Shown piece by piece: positions 40,447-52,329 of a stretch of 64,000 nucleotides of DNA (position 1 is the stretch's first letter; every line of letters begins with the position of its first letter). A model generated the notes under the pieces. That model searched no databases. It was not told the DNA's origin and was given only the letters and a program-made list of their open reading frames with translations. Source of the DNA: Octopus bimaculoides (lineage: Eukaryota); NCBI RefSeq assembly GCF_001194135.2, contig NC_068985.1, positions 18,750,234-18,814,233 on the forward strand. The letters are read 5' to 3'. Made by a program: the position numbers and the translations under genes.

Positions 40447-40531
40447 TCCCCTCTGAAGAGTTTATGCTCAGAAATATGATTTTGATATTTAATTAATTTC
40501 TCTCAGTATAATTGAAACAGCTGTAAAGAAT
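40447..40531 (+). ncRNA. Type I hammerhead motif with long stem II, core intact, stem I weakened
   Basis: UCCCCU-CUGAAGA(40453-40459)-GUUUAUGCU-CAGAAAU..(~20 nt)..AUUUCUCUC-AGUAUAAUU-GAAAC-AGCU-GUA(40525)-AAGAAU. Stem III is the palindrome ACAGCUGU and the cleavage triplet is GUA. Confidence 0.65.
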
Positions 40532-40869
40532 AATGATCAATTTGCAGCTGATAATAATAAACTCTTATTAACTTCAATATCTCCATTTTTTTCTTTATTT
40601 ACATGATTATAATTTATGGCTTATATACAAACCTATTATTTTGTGTATGTCAATTTCCCCCAAAATTTTTGATATTGAACCAGTATTTCCTTGGTTGACA
40701 CCATCCCTTCATGAGGATAACAATACCTCTAACTGAATTATATATCATCATCATCGTTTAACGTCCGCTTTCCATGCTAGCATGGGTTGGACGATTTGAC
40801 TGAGGACTGGTGAAACCAGATGGCTACACCAGGCTCCAATCTGATACATACATATATACAGGTATACAC

Positions 40870-40907
<38 letters not shown>

Positions 40908-43143
40908 CTGCATACATGTATATACACATACATATGCATATATATATCCATACATATACATATACAAACATATATATACACACATATATATACACATACA
41001 TATATATACATATAAACATAGATATATATACACATACATATATATATACATACACATACAAACNNNNNNNNNNNNNNNNNNNNNNNNNNNNNNNNNNNNN
41101 NNNNNNNNNNNNNNNNNNNNNNNNNNNNNNNNNNNNNNNNNNNNNNNNNNNNNNNNNNNNNNNNNNNNNNNNNNNNNNNNNNNNNNNNNNNNNNNNNNNN
41201 NNNNNNNNNNNNNNNNNNNNNNNNNNNNNNNNNNNNNNNNNNNNNNNNNNNNNNNNNNNNNNNNNNNNNNNNNNNNNNNNNNNNNNNNNNNNNNNNNNNN
41301 NNNNNNNNNNNNNNNNNNNNNNNNNNNNNNNNNNNNNNNNNNNNNNNNNNNNNNNNNNNNNNNNNNNNNNNNNNNNNNNNNNNNNNNNNNNNNNNNNNNN
41401 NNNNNNNNNNNNNNNNNNNNNNNNNNNNNNNNNNNNNNNNNNNNNNNNNNNNNNNNNNNNNNNNNNNNNNNNNNNNNNNNNNNNNNNNNNNNNNNNNNNN
41501 NNNNNNNNNNNNNNNNNNATATATATATATATATATATATATGCACATTTATACACATATATATATATATACATATACACTGCGTGACACGTTGGGCAAG
41601 TGTCTTCTAGTATAGCCTTGGCCCGACCAAAACCTTGTGAGTAGATTTGGTAGACGGAAACTGAAAGAAGCTTGTCGTGTATATATATGTATGTGTGTGT
41701 GTGTCGGTCAGCGGAATGATATTTGATCACTTTACAGAGTGTCTGAGTGTTAGTTAGGTGTCTGGAATGGGACGGCTTACTTCATGGGCAGGTAGAAGCT
41801 CTTTAACCTTGGTTGGTAATCTACCTAGGAGAAGGAAATCTCCGAAATAAAACCTGAGGCCTTGGAAGTTCCTGGTTTTGTCAATTCTCTTGTCACACCG
41901 GTGAAAGTCTTCTTGGGCTAATAAGTGGGGGTAGTGCAGTGCAAGCTACACCCACTAAAAATTATTCATCTGCACAGGTACTTCCTGTACTCCAAATCTT
42001 AGTAAAATCATGTATGTATGTATGTAAGTATGCATGTGTGTTTGTCGGCCCACCATCGCTTGACAACCGATATTGGTGTGTTTACGTTTCCGTAACGTAG
42101 CGGTTCGGCAAAACAGACCGATAGATTAAATACAAGGCTTACAAAGAATAAGTCCTGGGGTCGATTTGTTCGACTTAAAGCGGAACTCTAGCATGACTGC
42201 AGTCAAATGACTTAAACAAGTAAAAGAATAAAAGAACATATATATATATATATATATATANNNNNNNNNNNNNNNNNNNNNNNNNNNNNNNNNNNNNNNN
42301 NNNNNNNNNNNNNNNNNNNNNNNNNNNNNNNNNNNNNNNNNNNNNNNNNNNNNNNNNNNNNNNNNNNNNNNNNNNNNNNNNNNNNNNNNNNNNNNNNNNN
42401 NNNNNNNNNNNNNNNNNNNNNNNNNNNNNNNNNNNNNACTACGTGGCATCTTGGGCAAGTGTCTTCTACTATAACCTCGGGCCGACCAAAGCCTTGTGAG
42501 TGGATTTGGTAGACGGAAACTGAAAGAAGCCCGTCGTATATATGTATATATATATATATGTATGTATGTGTGTGTGTGTGTGTTTATGTGTCTGTGTTTG
42601 TCCCTCCAACATCGCTTGACAACCGATGCTGGTGTGTTTACGTCCCCGTACATTAGCGGTTCGGCAAAAGAGATCGATAGAATAAGTACCAGGCTTACAA
42701 AGAATAAGTCATGGGGTCGATTTGCTCGACTAAAAGCGGTGCTCCAGCATGGCCACAGTCAAATGACTGAAACAAGTAAAAGAGTAAAGAGTATATATTA
42801 TATGTATAAACACACACACATATAAATATATACATATATATATATATGCACACATACATATATATTCATAGATACAGGTTTATACACACACACAGCTGAC
42901 GTCTCCATTCAGTCGCTTTTGCACGTTCTGAGTTCAAATCCTGCCGAGATCAACACCTCCGACAGGTTGATAAAATAATGTACAAGTCCTAGTGTCGATG
43001 TAATATTCTTATAGAACATCCTGGATGCGAACAAATCATAATCAAGACAAGAAGTGAAAATCGAACTAGTCTATATATGTGTATAGTATGAGCGCGCGCG
43101 TGTGTGTGTGTGTGTGCCTTCTGAGAGTCCATAAGTATTATTA

Positions 43144-43271
43144 ATCGAAGTGTACAGTATTATATATCCATTATGACCGTAATGTATATATAATACTGTA
43201 ATGTATATATAATACTGATACATACATATCCATTACGCCCGTAATGGATAAATAATACTGTACACTTCGAT
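43144..43271. repeat. 128-bp hairpin element with ~40-bp inverted arms
   Basis: atcgaagtgtacagtattatatatccatta ... taatggataaataatactgtacacttcgat, with an internal duplication of taatgtatatataatactg. Confidence 0.8.
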
Positions 43272-43795
43272 AGATGTATAGATAACTAAATATTATCTAG
43301 CGTTATAATTAATACAATTTAACATTAAACTGAAGGATTTACTCAATACTTTTTGTAGACTATATATTTATTATATATTTACAAAAATAGTGGGGACAGA
43401 CCACTTTTCTAGTAAATGTATTGTGCGTGATGTATACATATATACAAATTTTCAGTCGGGTTTGTATATTTATGTTTGTTACACACACATAATATTTGTA
43501 TGACAATGTGTTTGTATGTGCCTGTCAGAATATAAATTCAGATCTTTCATCACATACAACCAATACAAATAATGTGTATTTTGTCAATATTATTTGTGAT
43601 CGTTCTTCTAATAACAATTTCTTATCATCAATGTATTTAATATATGAAAATCTATTCTCTGAGTCAACAGAGGATATTTCATACTTGGAATATTTCATTA
43701 ACAGAAGTCACCTAAGTATCCAATTTCATAACTAAAAAAGCATCGGGAAAAACTTTTGCGTTTTTCGTTGGCATTTGCAGATGTACTCAACCGTA

Positions 43796-43840
<45 letters not shown>

Positions 43841-44295
43841 TAATTAAGGGATCAGCAAATATATATATTTGTATATATATATATATATATATATATAATG
43901 TATGTATTATTCATGTATCTTATCCCCATGGTGTGATTTCTCAAAAACACGGCTATAAGGAGATATGAAAAAAATAAATAATACAATGAAGCGTGCAAGG
44001 ATACATAATGTAAAATATATGATGCATTACTTACATAGCAAATAGAGCTGATCTCAATAAAATCTCAGTCACAAGGCGAAAATACAAAACACACACACTC
44101 ATACATGAAAAAAAAAAGCTTATTACTGATGCTCCCCTATCTATTCCAAACATCGTTAACCAATGCAAATGAATCCTTGTTATGAATGAGATGCTTTTAA
44201 AATTATCGTCATCTAATTTCTTGTCAAATTTAGAGTGTAATACATTTTTCGCATGAAAGAGATGTGAGTAGAGCCAAAATGTATAGAAGTTTTAC

Positions 44296-44460
44296 CTTGC
44301 ATGATACTGTGATAACTTGTAAAAACTATCATCCCGTCTCAAGTTGGTGTACTCCTCATCACCGACAGACCTGAATGTCGTGAAACAACGGTTGACAGTT
44401 GTAGTTGTTGGCACATGCGCAGAAAGTAAACCGGAAATAAACTACCAAAACTTTACACTC
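44296..44460 (-). promoter_or_regulatory. Candidate promoter and non-coding first exon of the minus-strand (DENND2-like) gene
   Basis: Local CpG retention; NRF1-like gcacatgcgca (44411-44421); ETS-like ccggaaat (44431-44438); minus-strand donor CAAG|GTAAAA at 44296/44295. No transcript evidence. Confidence 0.35.
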
Positions 44461-44575
44461 CTTAATAGTTAAAATTCGCATTAGCTTATTTAATGTAATT
44501 AGCTTTAAACGCCTAATTAGAAATGCTTACATGATGATAAAAAGATAACATTAACAAAACTTAATTACTAAGTAG

Positions 44576-44982
44576 AGATGGACTATATGTAATCTGAACC
44601 TTCCCCCCACTTATTTATTAATTTTTTTTACGGAACCCCACGTTTTAGGCTATGGAGATTCCGATTCTGAAAAAAATTCCCCCCCTCCCCCACCAAGCAG
44701 GCTATTTACATGCTAGAAATAACAGCCAAATCTCACAAAACTAGTGTTAGGGTCAGGTTTAGGGTTAGGGTCAGGGTTAGGGTTAGGGTTAGGGTCAGGG
44801 TTAGGGTTAGGTTTACCCTGTGAATCTATATAAAAACCGGGGGGGGGGGATCGAAATTTTGAAATTGAGATTTTTGAAAATTTTTTTTCAGAATCGGAAT
44901 CTCCATAGCCTAAAACGTGGGATTCCGTAAAAAAAAATAATAAAACAAGGGGGGAAAGGTTCAGATTACATATAGTCCATCT
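44576..44982. mobile_element. MITE-like element with ~110-bp inverted ends and an internal (TTAGGG/TCAGGG)11 array
   Basis: agatggactatatgtaatctgaacc...ggagattccgattctgaaaaaaatt is mirrored at 44880-44982. The telomere-type array spans 44747-44812. Confidence 0.85.
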
Positions 44983-45021
44983 GGACCATTATTTTAATCA
45001 TTTCTGCAAATACGTGTCACA

Positions 45022-45064
45022 GATCTGGATATATTTCAGTCTTATTAGACCTCGTCAGCGAAGC
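45022..45064 (-). ncRNA. Minimal type I hammerhead ribozyme motif (Penelope pseudo-LTR type)
   Basis: Minus strand: GCUUCG-CUGACGA-GGUCU(AAUA)AGACU-GAAA-UAUA-UC-CAGAUC. 5-bp stem II, palindromic stem III AUAUAU, cleavage triplet AUC. Stem I is weak (CAGA, probably CGGA before CpG decay). Confidence 0.75.
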
Positions 45065-47099
45065 ATAAGACCCCAATGTATTAGCCAAATAATGAGGGAA
45101 CCAATGTATGGATGTACAATGCCGTATATGAGTAGACGTGAAAATTAGCATATTAGCATACTTGAGATTAATTGCTCAGATAATAGTATGATGTCACACG
45201 GTGTATTGGCCCTCCAGTTATTAATGCCGGGTATCAGCAATTTCTCCCTCGTGTCCCTCTCACTCTCTCTCTCCCTCTCTCTCCCGTTCGTTTGACATGT
45301 ATATCAAACGCAATTGGCTTCATTAGTACTTTACTATATTTGAACACTAACAGATATCACTTAGCTAAATCCTGTTTACGTGTGATTTTTATTATTATTA
45401 CTTGACCATGTGCACGTTTTGAATTCAAATTCCGTCGAAGTAGACTTTGCCTTTCGTCCTTTCATGAGTGATGAAATAAGTAGCAGTTGAGCACAAGGGG
45501 TCGACGCAATTTCAGGTCTCATGCCTGTTGTAGAAAAGATTATTAATTATCTCTTATCTTTAGAAACGCATTTATTCAATTAATCCCCTTGAACACTGTT
45601 TGCTGCAAGTTATTACCTGCAAAACTGCGTACTTTTCGTTTTCAGGAACCCATGAAAATGGAAGTGCAGAGTTACCTCACTTTACGAGGATCTGCTTGAC
45701 GAGGCCCGGGGTTTACGAGTTTTATTTTTCAGCTCACTTTTATATGGTGAGCTGAAATTTTTAAAGCACAAGAACCAAATTCTGAACGAAGTGCACAAGA
45801 TTCTGCTACCATAACAAATGCTTCTGCATGTTACCGAGAAATTTATCGAGAGCGAAAAAAGCTTTTTCTAAGTAAACAACTCTAGACTGATTTCGTTTTT
45901 GGATTTGGTTTGCAAGATTCATTACGTGAGTTCGTGTGTTGAAGCATATTCTGTTGTGCTTGAGAACTCTGGACTTGTTTTTTAAAAAGAAATTTATAAA
46001 TCCGTCCACAAGTGTTTTTGAATCAGCGATAGCGTCTACAAGGGGTGTGCGCGAGTCTAGTGCGAGTGAAAGTGATTCAGAAAACGATTACCATTTTATA
46101 AATGATCTTAACATTCTTTTTACTTTACATTCTACTGTTGTTTTATTGCCATTTAGTTACGAGTATTATAAATTTAATAGATAAAATATTTTTCTTGGAA
46201 CGAATTACAATTTATATCATTGCTACTACGGGAAATTATTGCTCTGCTTTACGAAGTATGGGAAATTGCTGTTTTCCAATTTTCTCTTTACGAGCGGTCT
46301 CCGGGAACAAATTAACTTATATATCGAGGCATTACTGTATTTATCTTGTCACGCGTGGAGGTTTAAAGAATTTTTTAAAAAAAGGGAAGTGTTTGCGAGG
46401 TGTATGGGGGAATGAATAGAATAGATGAGACGAAGAAGGATGTTTTACAAGGAAATAATTGTCTCGAGTACTTGCTTATCTTCTATAAGTGTCCGGTACA
46501 CTTAGTTAATAATCATGCTTTGTTTACGCTAATTAGGAATGCTATCAGTATATTTTGATGGAACCAACTTTAATGACAACTTCACACTAGATGCTTTTAT
46601 AGTAGCGAGGCGGTTCTCTGTAGTTCATTAGTTTTCTTTCTGTTCGTTAGCTTTCGTTCCTCAGTAATTTCATTTTGTAGGGAAAAAAACTTTCGGTGGA
46701 AACTGGAGACGAAAAATATTTAACACTCATGGGTTTTCTACTGGTACCACTAGTACGTAAATATTGATTTCAAATTTTGGAACAAAGCCAGCAATTTCGG
46801 GGTAGGGTGTAAGTCGATTACATCGATCCCAGTGTTTAATTGTTACTTATTTTATCAACTCCGAAAGGATGAAATGTAACGTAGACATTGGCAGAATTTG
46901 AACTCAGAACGTAAAGACATACGAAATGACGCTAAGCATGTTGTCTGGCCTAGTAACGATTCTGCTCGCCGCCTTCCAGTGTGTAAATATTACCTATCCT
47001 GTGTACATTTTTTTATAAGTAATTCTGCGTTACTTTGAATTGATAGCTTGTAATGTAGAAAGGTAGGTTATCTTTTATGAAAAACGAAATTAACCTGTT

Positions 47100-47236
47100 C
47101 GATCACAAAAGGATCACAAAAATACAGCTCCCAAAAGTATTGCGGAGCTTAGTGACCACCTCGAGAACCCAGTCTCCACAAAAACTGTTTGCCGGGAGCT
47201 GCACAAAGCCAGATTTCACGGAAGGGCTGTAATCAG
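47100..47236 (+). mobile_element. Internal fragment of the same Tc1-like family as 17387-18663
   Basis: gatcacaaaaatacagctcccaaaagtattgcggagcttagtgaccacctcgagaacccagtctccacaaaaac aligns to 17805-17925. Confidence 0.85.
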
Positions 47237-47239
47237 TTA

Positions 47240-48240
47240 CGGGTTGGCGCTAAGGATAAAGTAAGGTGTATAAAAAAATATAGTGTCTAAGAATATAGTA
47301 TACAAAGATAGCCAAGAAGATAAAAGAGAAGAGAAGGTGAAGGAAGATAACGTAAAAAAAAAGATAAAATAAACAAAATAGAGCAAAATGAAAGAAATTT
47401 AAAGAGAATAATAGGTGCAAGTGGCGTTCTTCTAATCTATAGGGGTTGGGGAGGAAATCTAGTAGTAAATATTTGTGTCTGTTCTGGCTTATAAAGTGAT
47501 GAGGTAAGGTTGATAGAAGAGATATAGAGGGGTATGTGTTAATAATCATAGAGGTTTGTATGTGGGTGTTATTCGGGGGAAAGGTGAATTTACATTTAGA
47601 TTTATGAAAAAATTTTAAAATGCAGAAGAATTTGTGTTTACACCTTGTGAAGGCTTCATTGTGTTTATTAAGTGCTTGTGGTGGGTCATGGGTTAAAATT
47701 TTGAGGGCTTCTTTTAAGCAGAGTCCACAAATGGAGTGCTGGCACTGATATGGGATAATAGAGTCTATTATAGCCCAGGAAAGTCAATATTGTATTTTTC
47801 TATTAATGAAGGTGGCTGGCTAGTGATGTGGAATTGCTACTCTATTTATATTTAAACAAGTTTAAATGTGCATAATATCTTTCATTAAAATTTGTAGTGG
47901 ATCCAATGCAGTAGCTACAGGAGTTATTTACTATGTTGTGAACGGTGCACTGGTATACGATGTTGAGTCTTCTGCAATAGGCTTGCCAGCACTCTCTTTG
48001 TGGACTCTGCTTAAAACAAGCCCTCTAAATTTTAACCCATAACTCACCACAATCATTTAATAAACACAATGAAATTTTCACAACGTGTAAACACAAACTC
48101 TTCCGCACTTCTAAATTCTTTCATAAATCTAAATGTAAATTCACCTCCCATGAATAACACCCACATACAAACCTCCATGATCATTAACACATACACCTCT
48201 ATATCTCTTCTATCGACCTTACCTCATCACTTTATAAGAT
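47240..48240 (-). mobile_element. Penelope-like (Neptune/Poseidon-type) 3' fragment with an inverted duplication
   Basis: Minus strand ~47590-47870 encodes NSTSLASHLH...WAIIDSIIPYQCQHSICGLCLKEALKILTHDPPQALNKHNEAFTRCKHK, the PLE GIY-YIG tail motif C.LCL.E...IL.....LNK..E...C.H. 47488-47750 is inverted at 47987-48238. Confidence 0.75.
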
Positions 48241-51200
48241 AAATATTAACTCTTTAATTTATTTTAAAACCATAACCTAATAAATCCCCTAATGTTTGCC
48301 TTGCCTTAACATTTGTTGTCCTCTTCAACAATTATATATTCAAGTGTGATTGTTGCCAGTGCCACCTAACTGGCTCCCATACCCATGGCATGTTAAAAGC
48401 ACCATTCAAGCATGGTCAATGCCAGTGCTGGCTGACTGGTCCCTTGCCGGTGGCACATAAAAAGCACCATTCGAGTGTGGTCATTGCCAGTGCCGCCTGA
48501 CTGGCTCCTGTGCCAGTGGCATGTAAAAAGCACCATTCAAGCATGGTCGATGCCAGTACTGCCTGACTGGCCCTCGTGCCAGTGGCATGTAAAAAGCACT
48601 CACTACACTCTTGGAGTGGTTAGTGTTAGGAAGGGCATCCAGCTGTAGAAACTTTGCCAGATCGGATTGGAGTCTGGTACAAACTTCTGGGTTGCTAGCC
48701 CTCAGTCAAACCACCTAACCCATGCCAGCATAGAAAGCAGACATTAAACAACAATGATGATGATATATATATATATACACAACTGGCTTCATTCACTTTC
48801 CATATCATATCTACTCACAAGGCTTTAGTTGGCCTGAGGCTATAGTAGAAGACACTTGCCCAAGGTGCCATGCAATGGGACTGAACCCTGAACCATGTGG
48901 TTGGGAAGCAAGCTTCTTACACACAGTCACACCTGCACCTATGTAATTTTTATAATATTCTATTTTCTGTAAAGATAGTTGACATTTTTTCAAAGACATA
49001 AATCTTATATTTTTAAAATCTTCACAAACTGAAGAAATTTTTAAAGATATTTTGTTTGGGAAAAAGTGCCTCTTATATTCCATCAAATACAGCAATACAA
49101 ATTTCAAAACAAGTTTATCAATATCTTTATCAAGAACATCCAGTACCTGAATGTCTAGAAATGACACTGAATATCTGAAAGATTTAGTAGAATTGTTGTT
49201 TTATATAAAAATCCATTCTGATTCATTAACTCTTTGGATTCCATAAAAAGATATATCTCTCCTCTAAAAAGGATATATTTTTCTAAATCCAGAGCAGATT
49301 TTTAAGATCAAATGTTTAAGCTAACAAAATGTACATCAGTTAAACAATATCCCTACTCCTAAGGGCTGGGATCAATACTTTCAAAAATTAAGTATTGACA
49401 GCTCATGCAAACATGGGAGCTTCTGTGAAGATTTAAGAGAAACAGAAACAGCAGCCAAATGACCCTTAAATCACATCCCATCATCTTAAAAACAATAATA
49501 CTACATTGGATAATGTAATATTAGATACATAGCCCTTGAGAAAAATGGGATGGTCATAACTGGAACCCTTTTGATTATAGACCTATTAAATCAAAACTGA
49601 TCTAGGAATGAACAACAGCAAAAAACAACATTGATACAGACATATGGTGTATGCTATTGACAGTTAAGTAATTTTGCTAGGATACAGTGACATTTTTTTT
49701 TAACATAAGCTTCAGTTATCAAATTTGGCCAAGATCCAGGTAGGTGTACCTCATAATTGGTTCTATCTGACATATTTTAGTAGATAGGCTGCAAAAACAG
49801 AAATGTAAATGTGCTGAGACTTGTACTGAGCTGATTTTATAGTGTTAAGTAAATAAATGCTAAGACTTTCCTGAACAGAACACCATTCTTTTATAATTAG
49901 CAATTTAATTATTGTATCTGTTCCTTGTAGCTCAGATATTTCTTATTTTTTTAACAGTTATGAAAATGAGATTGTCAAATCGAATATGGATAAGACATCT
50001 GTAATGGGAAGTATGATAATTCCTTGGTAGATGAAGCAGTTTGGTTTAACTTTTGTAAGAGAGAAACTCACAACCTCTAAAATCCTGTAATATTACAACT
50101 TTCTCAAGGTGGTGAGCTGGCAGAATCATTAGCACATCAGGCAAAATGCATAGTAACATTTCGTCTGTTGTTACGGTCTGAGTCCAAATTCTGCCGAGGT
50201 CAACCTTGCCTTTCATCCTTTTGGGGGTCAATAAAATAAGTACCAGTTGAACACTGGGATTGATGTTATTGACTTACTCCTCCCTCGAAGTTGCTGGCCT
50301 TGTGCCAAAATTTGAAATCATTATTATAACTTTCTTCAAGAACAGGGTAAACGGGCTTGTGACAGTATTCCTTTCTGCTTTGTTAAGCATTATAACCAGA
50401 AGCTTTGGAATTTCCAGGTGTGCAATAGTTAAACTGATTTTAACCTGGTTAATGAATTTGGTTAAAGGCTCTCTACCTGTTTTGATGATTACAGTGAAGG
50501 ACACCTGTATATACCTTTTGTCTCTACCATTGTAAAATAATGCCTTTATTTGTCAGGTATTTTTAGATGAGTATAAAATGGATTAACCTTGAAGGTGAAG
50601 ATCATTGACAAGAAACAGTAGAAGTTGTAATGTTTCCAGTGTTCTTTCTGCTACTGTCATCCAGCAGCTGTTCTTGTTTCCCCACCTTGTGTTTACATTG
50701 CAAGATACTAAAGCATCTTGAAACTCCTTTGGCTGCTTTGTCATCGAGATAGCAGGCAGTTTTGAATGAACAGAAACGTTTCGTTTGGAGTAAATTTTTG
50801 TTTACTCTATTACTCACATTAAAGTAACCAGTCTTTCTCAGTATTTGCCATTCCCTGTATATAGGTGATAGGCTCAATCCATTGACCAGTTTAACATTAT
50901 CACATGAGTCTCAGGTGCCTTTAACAAACCCTTCTATCTCAAACATTCAGTTCATGTCTCCAGGCTAAGGATAACATCTCCTTCCTGCCAATCTCAGAAT
51001 TTCTTAAAAAGGTTGTAAGTGCTGCTTGTTCTGTTAGTAAGCTATTAGAAAAAAAAATCAGCATTGGATTTAACTTTTGTGATAGAATATTGTGTATATT
51101 TTTGGTGCACTAAAATGAAGCCTTACAACTGCTAATGTTTATATGATGAATGTAACCAAATTTTCTTGGCAAATATAAAGTCAGACTTTGTTCATAGTTC

Positions 51201-52329
51201 TACCAGCATCTCCACTCAGTAATGTTTTTGTTGTATAAAGTATTTTGATTACTATCATAAATGAGGAGAGATCTTAGAAAATTTCCCATGTGCTAGAATG
51301 TACTTGCTCAGTTAGGTGAAATGATAAACCAAGTTGTAATTTATCATGAGAATGTCCAAGTGGGAAAGTTCGGATCTTGCTGATGTTTGTAATTTGAAAC
51401 CCACCCAGAGAGCTTTCATCTCTCTTCCCCTTTCCAAAACAAATAGAGAGTGTAATTAATTTCATGCTCTGTTAGCAGGACTTGCTGAATAAAATGTACT
51501 TTATTCAAGAAGCTACAATAATGTTAAGATACACTAATTTCTGGATCATTAGTGCATGACTCCTCTCAGGGAAATACCAACGGTTATGCAATCATGCATA
51601 AATGATCATCAAGTATACTGCTTTTAAGTTGTTTTTACCTTTCTTTGCTTTATTTTCTTTCTACATGTTTCCTTCCTCAAGTATACACTTAAAAAAGACA
51701 AGAGATCACCATTTTTATATAATCAAAGTTAACCAAACATTGTGATCAATGTACCCATACCAACTAAATGAGAATACAAGAAATAGAAATATTATCAAAA
51801 TATTAGGACCAGGAAATCCATATCGTAAGAATGGCTCATTTGTGAAAGATATTTCAAGCACTGAAATTTTTATCACAGCTAGGATTAAAATCCGTGGTTA
51901 AAACAGAGTTGTTTTTACTCTCACAACTTTCTTGACAGGTACTTTGAGAGACAACACAAAATCAATATTTAAAAAATATTTTTTTTTGGAAATTAACAAT
52001 GCATTAGATTTATCTCTGTTAAGTAATTTGATTTTGATAATACCAGAAGACCAAGGTGGTGAGCTGACAGAATCGTTAGCACGCCGGGTGAAATACTTAG
52101 CAGTATTTCACCTGTTGCAACATTCTCATTTGCCTTTCATCTTTTCAGGGTTGATAAATTAAGTACTAGTGAAACACTGGGGTCAATGTAATCAACTGTC
52201 CCCTCCCCCAAATTTCAGGCCTTGTGCCTATAGTAGAAAGGATAATACTAGAGGACCTGCAATCCTAATGGTCATAAGGGAAATGGCCATACTTAATATG
52301 CAGAAAAGGAGCAAGTAGAAATTCCATAT

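Larger units (their letters stand above)
40178..40590. mobile_element. ~410-bp palindrome made of two inverted Penelope-type terminal repeats, each with a hammerhead motif
   Basis: The arms are reverse complements along their length around a central atatatat. Each contains CU(G/A)AAGA ... GAAACAGCUGUA. Confidence 0.7.
39810..41580. repeat. (TA)n / (TACA)n degenerate microsatellite fields, with gaps
   Basis: Direct inspection; these are the source of the IYIY/YTYI pseudo-ORFs. Similar (TA)n and (CA)n tracts flank most N-gaps in the window. Confidence 0.95.

Noticed and set aside
44747-44812. TTAGGG arrays as a chromosome end or fusion scar
   Set aside because: They are short, and embedded at the same position in two copies of a dispersed element.
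46645-46668. Minus-strand CUGAGGA-AC-GAAA-GC-UA hammerhead-like string
   Set aside because: No stem II or stem I pairing; likely chance.
48811-49330. 118-aa minus-strand ORF as a host exon
   Set aside because: AT-rich, runs into a SINE A copy, with no recognisable motif or consistent splice pair.
50300-51480. Possible decayed coding sequence on the minus strand (ORFs 50274-50504, 50602-50877, 51274-51465)
   Set aside because: Many stops in all frames, and no motif I could assign. A tBLASTx search would be needed.
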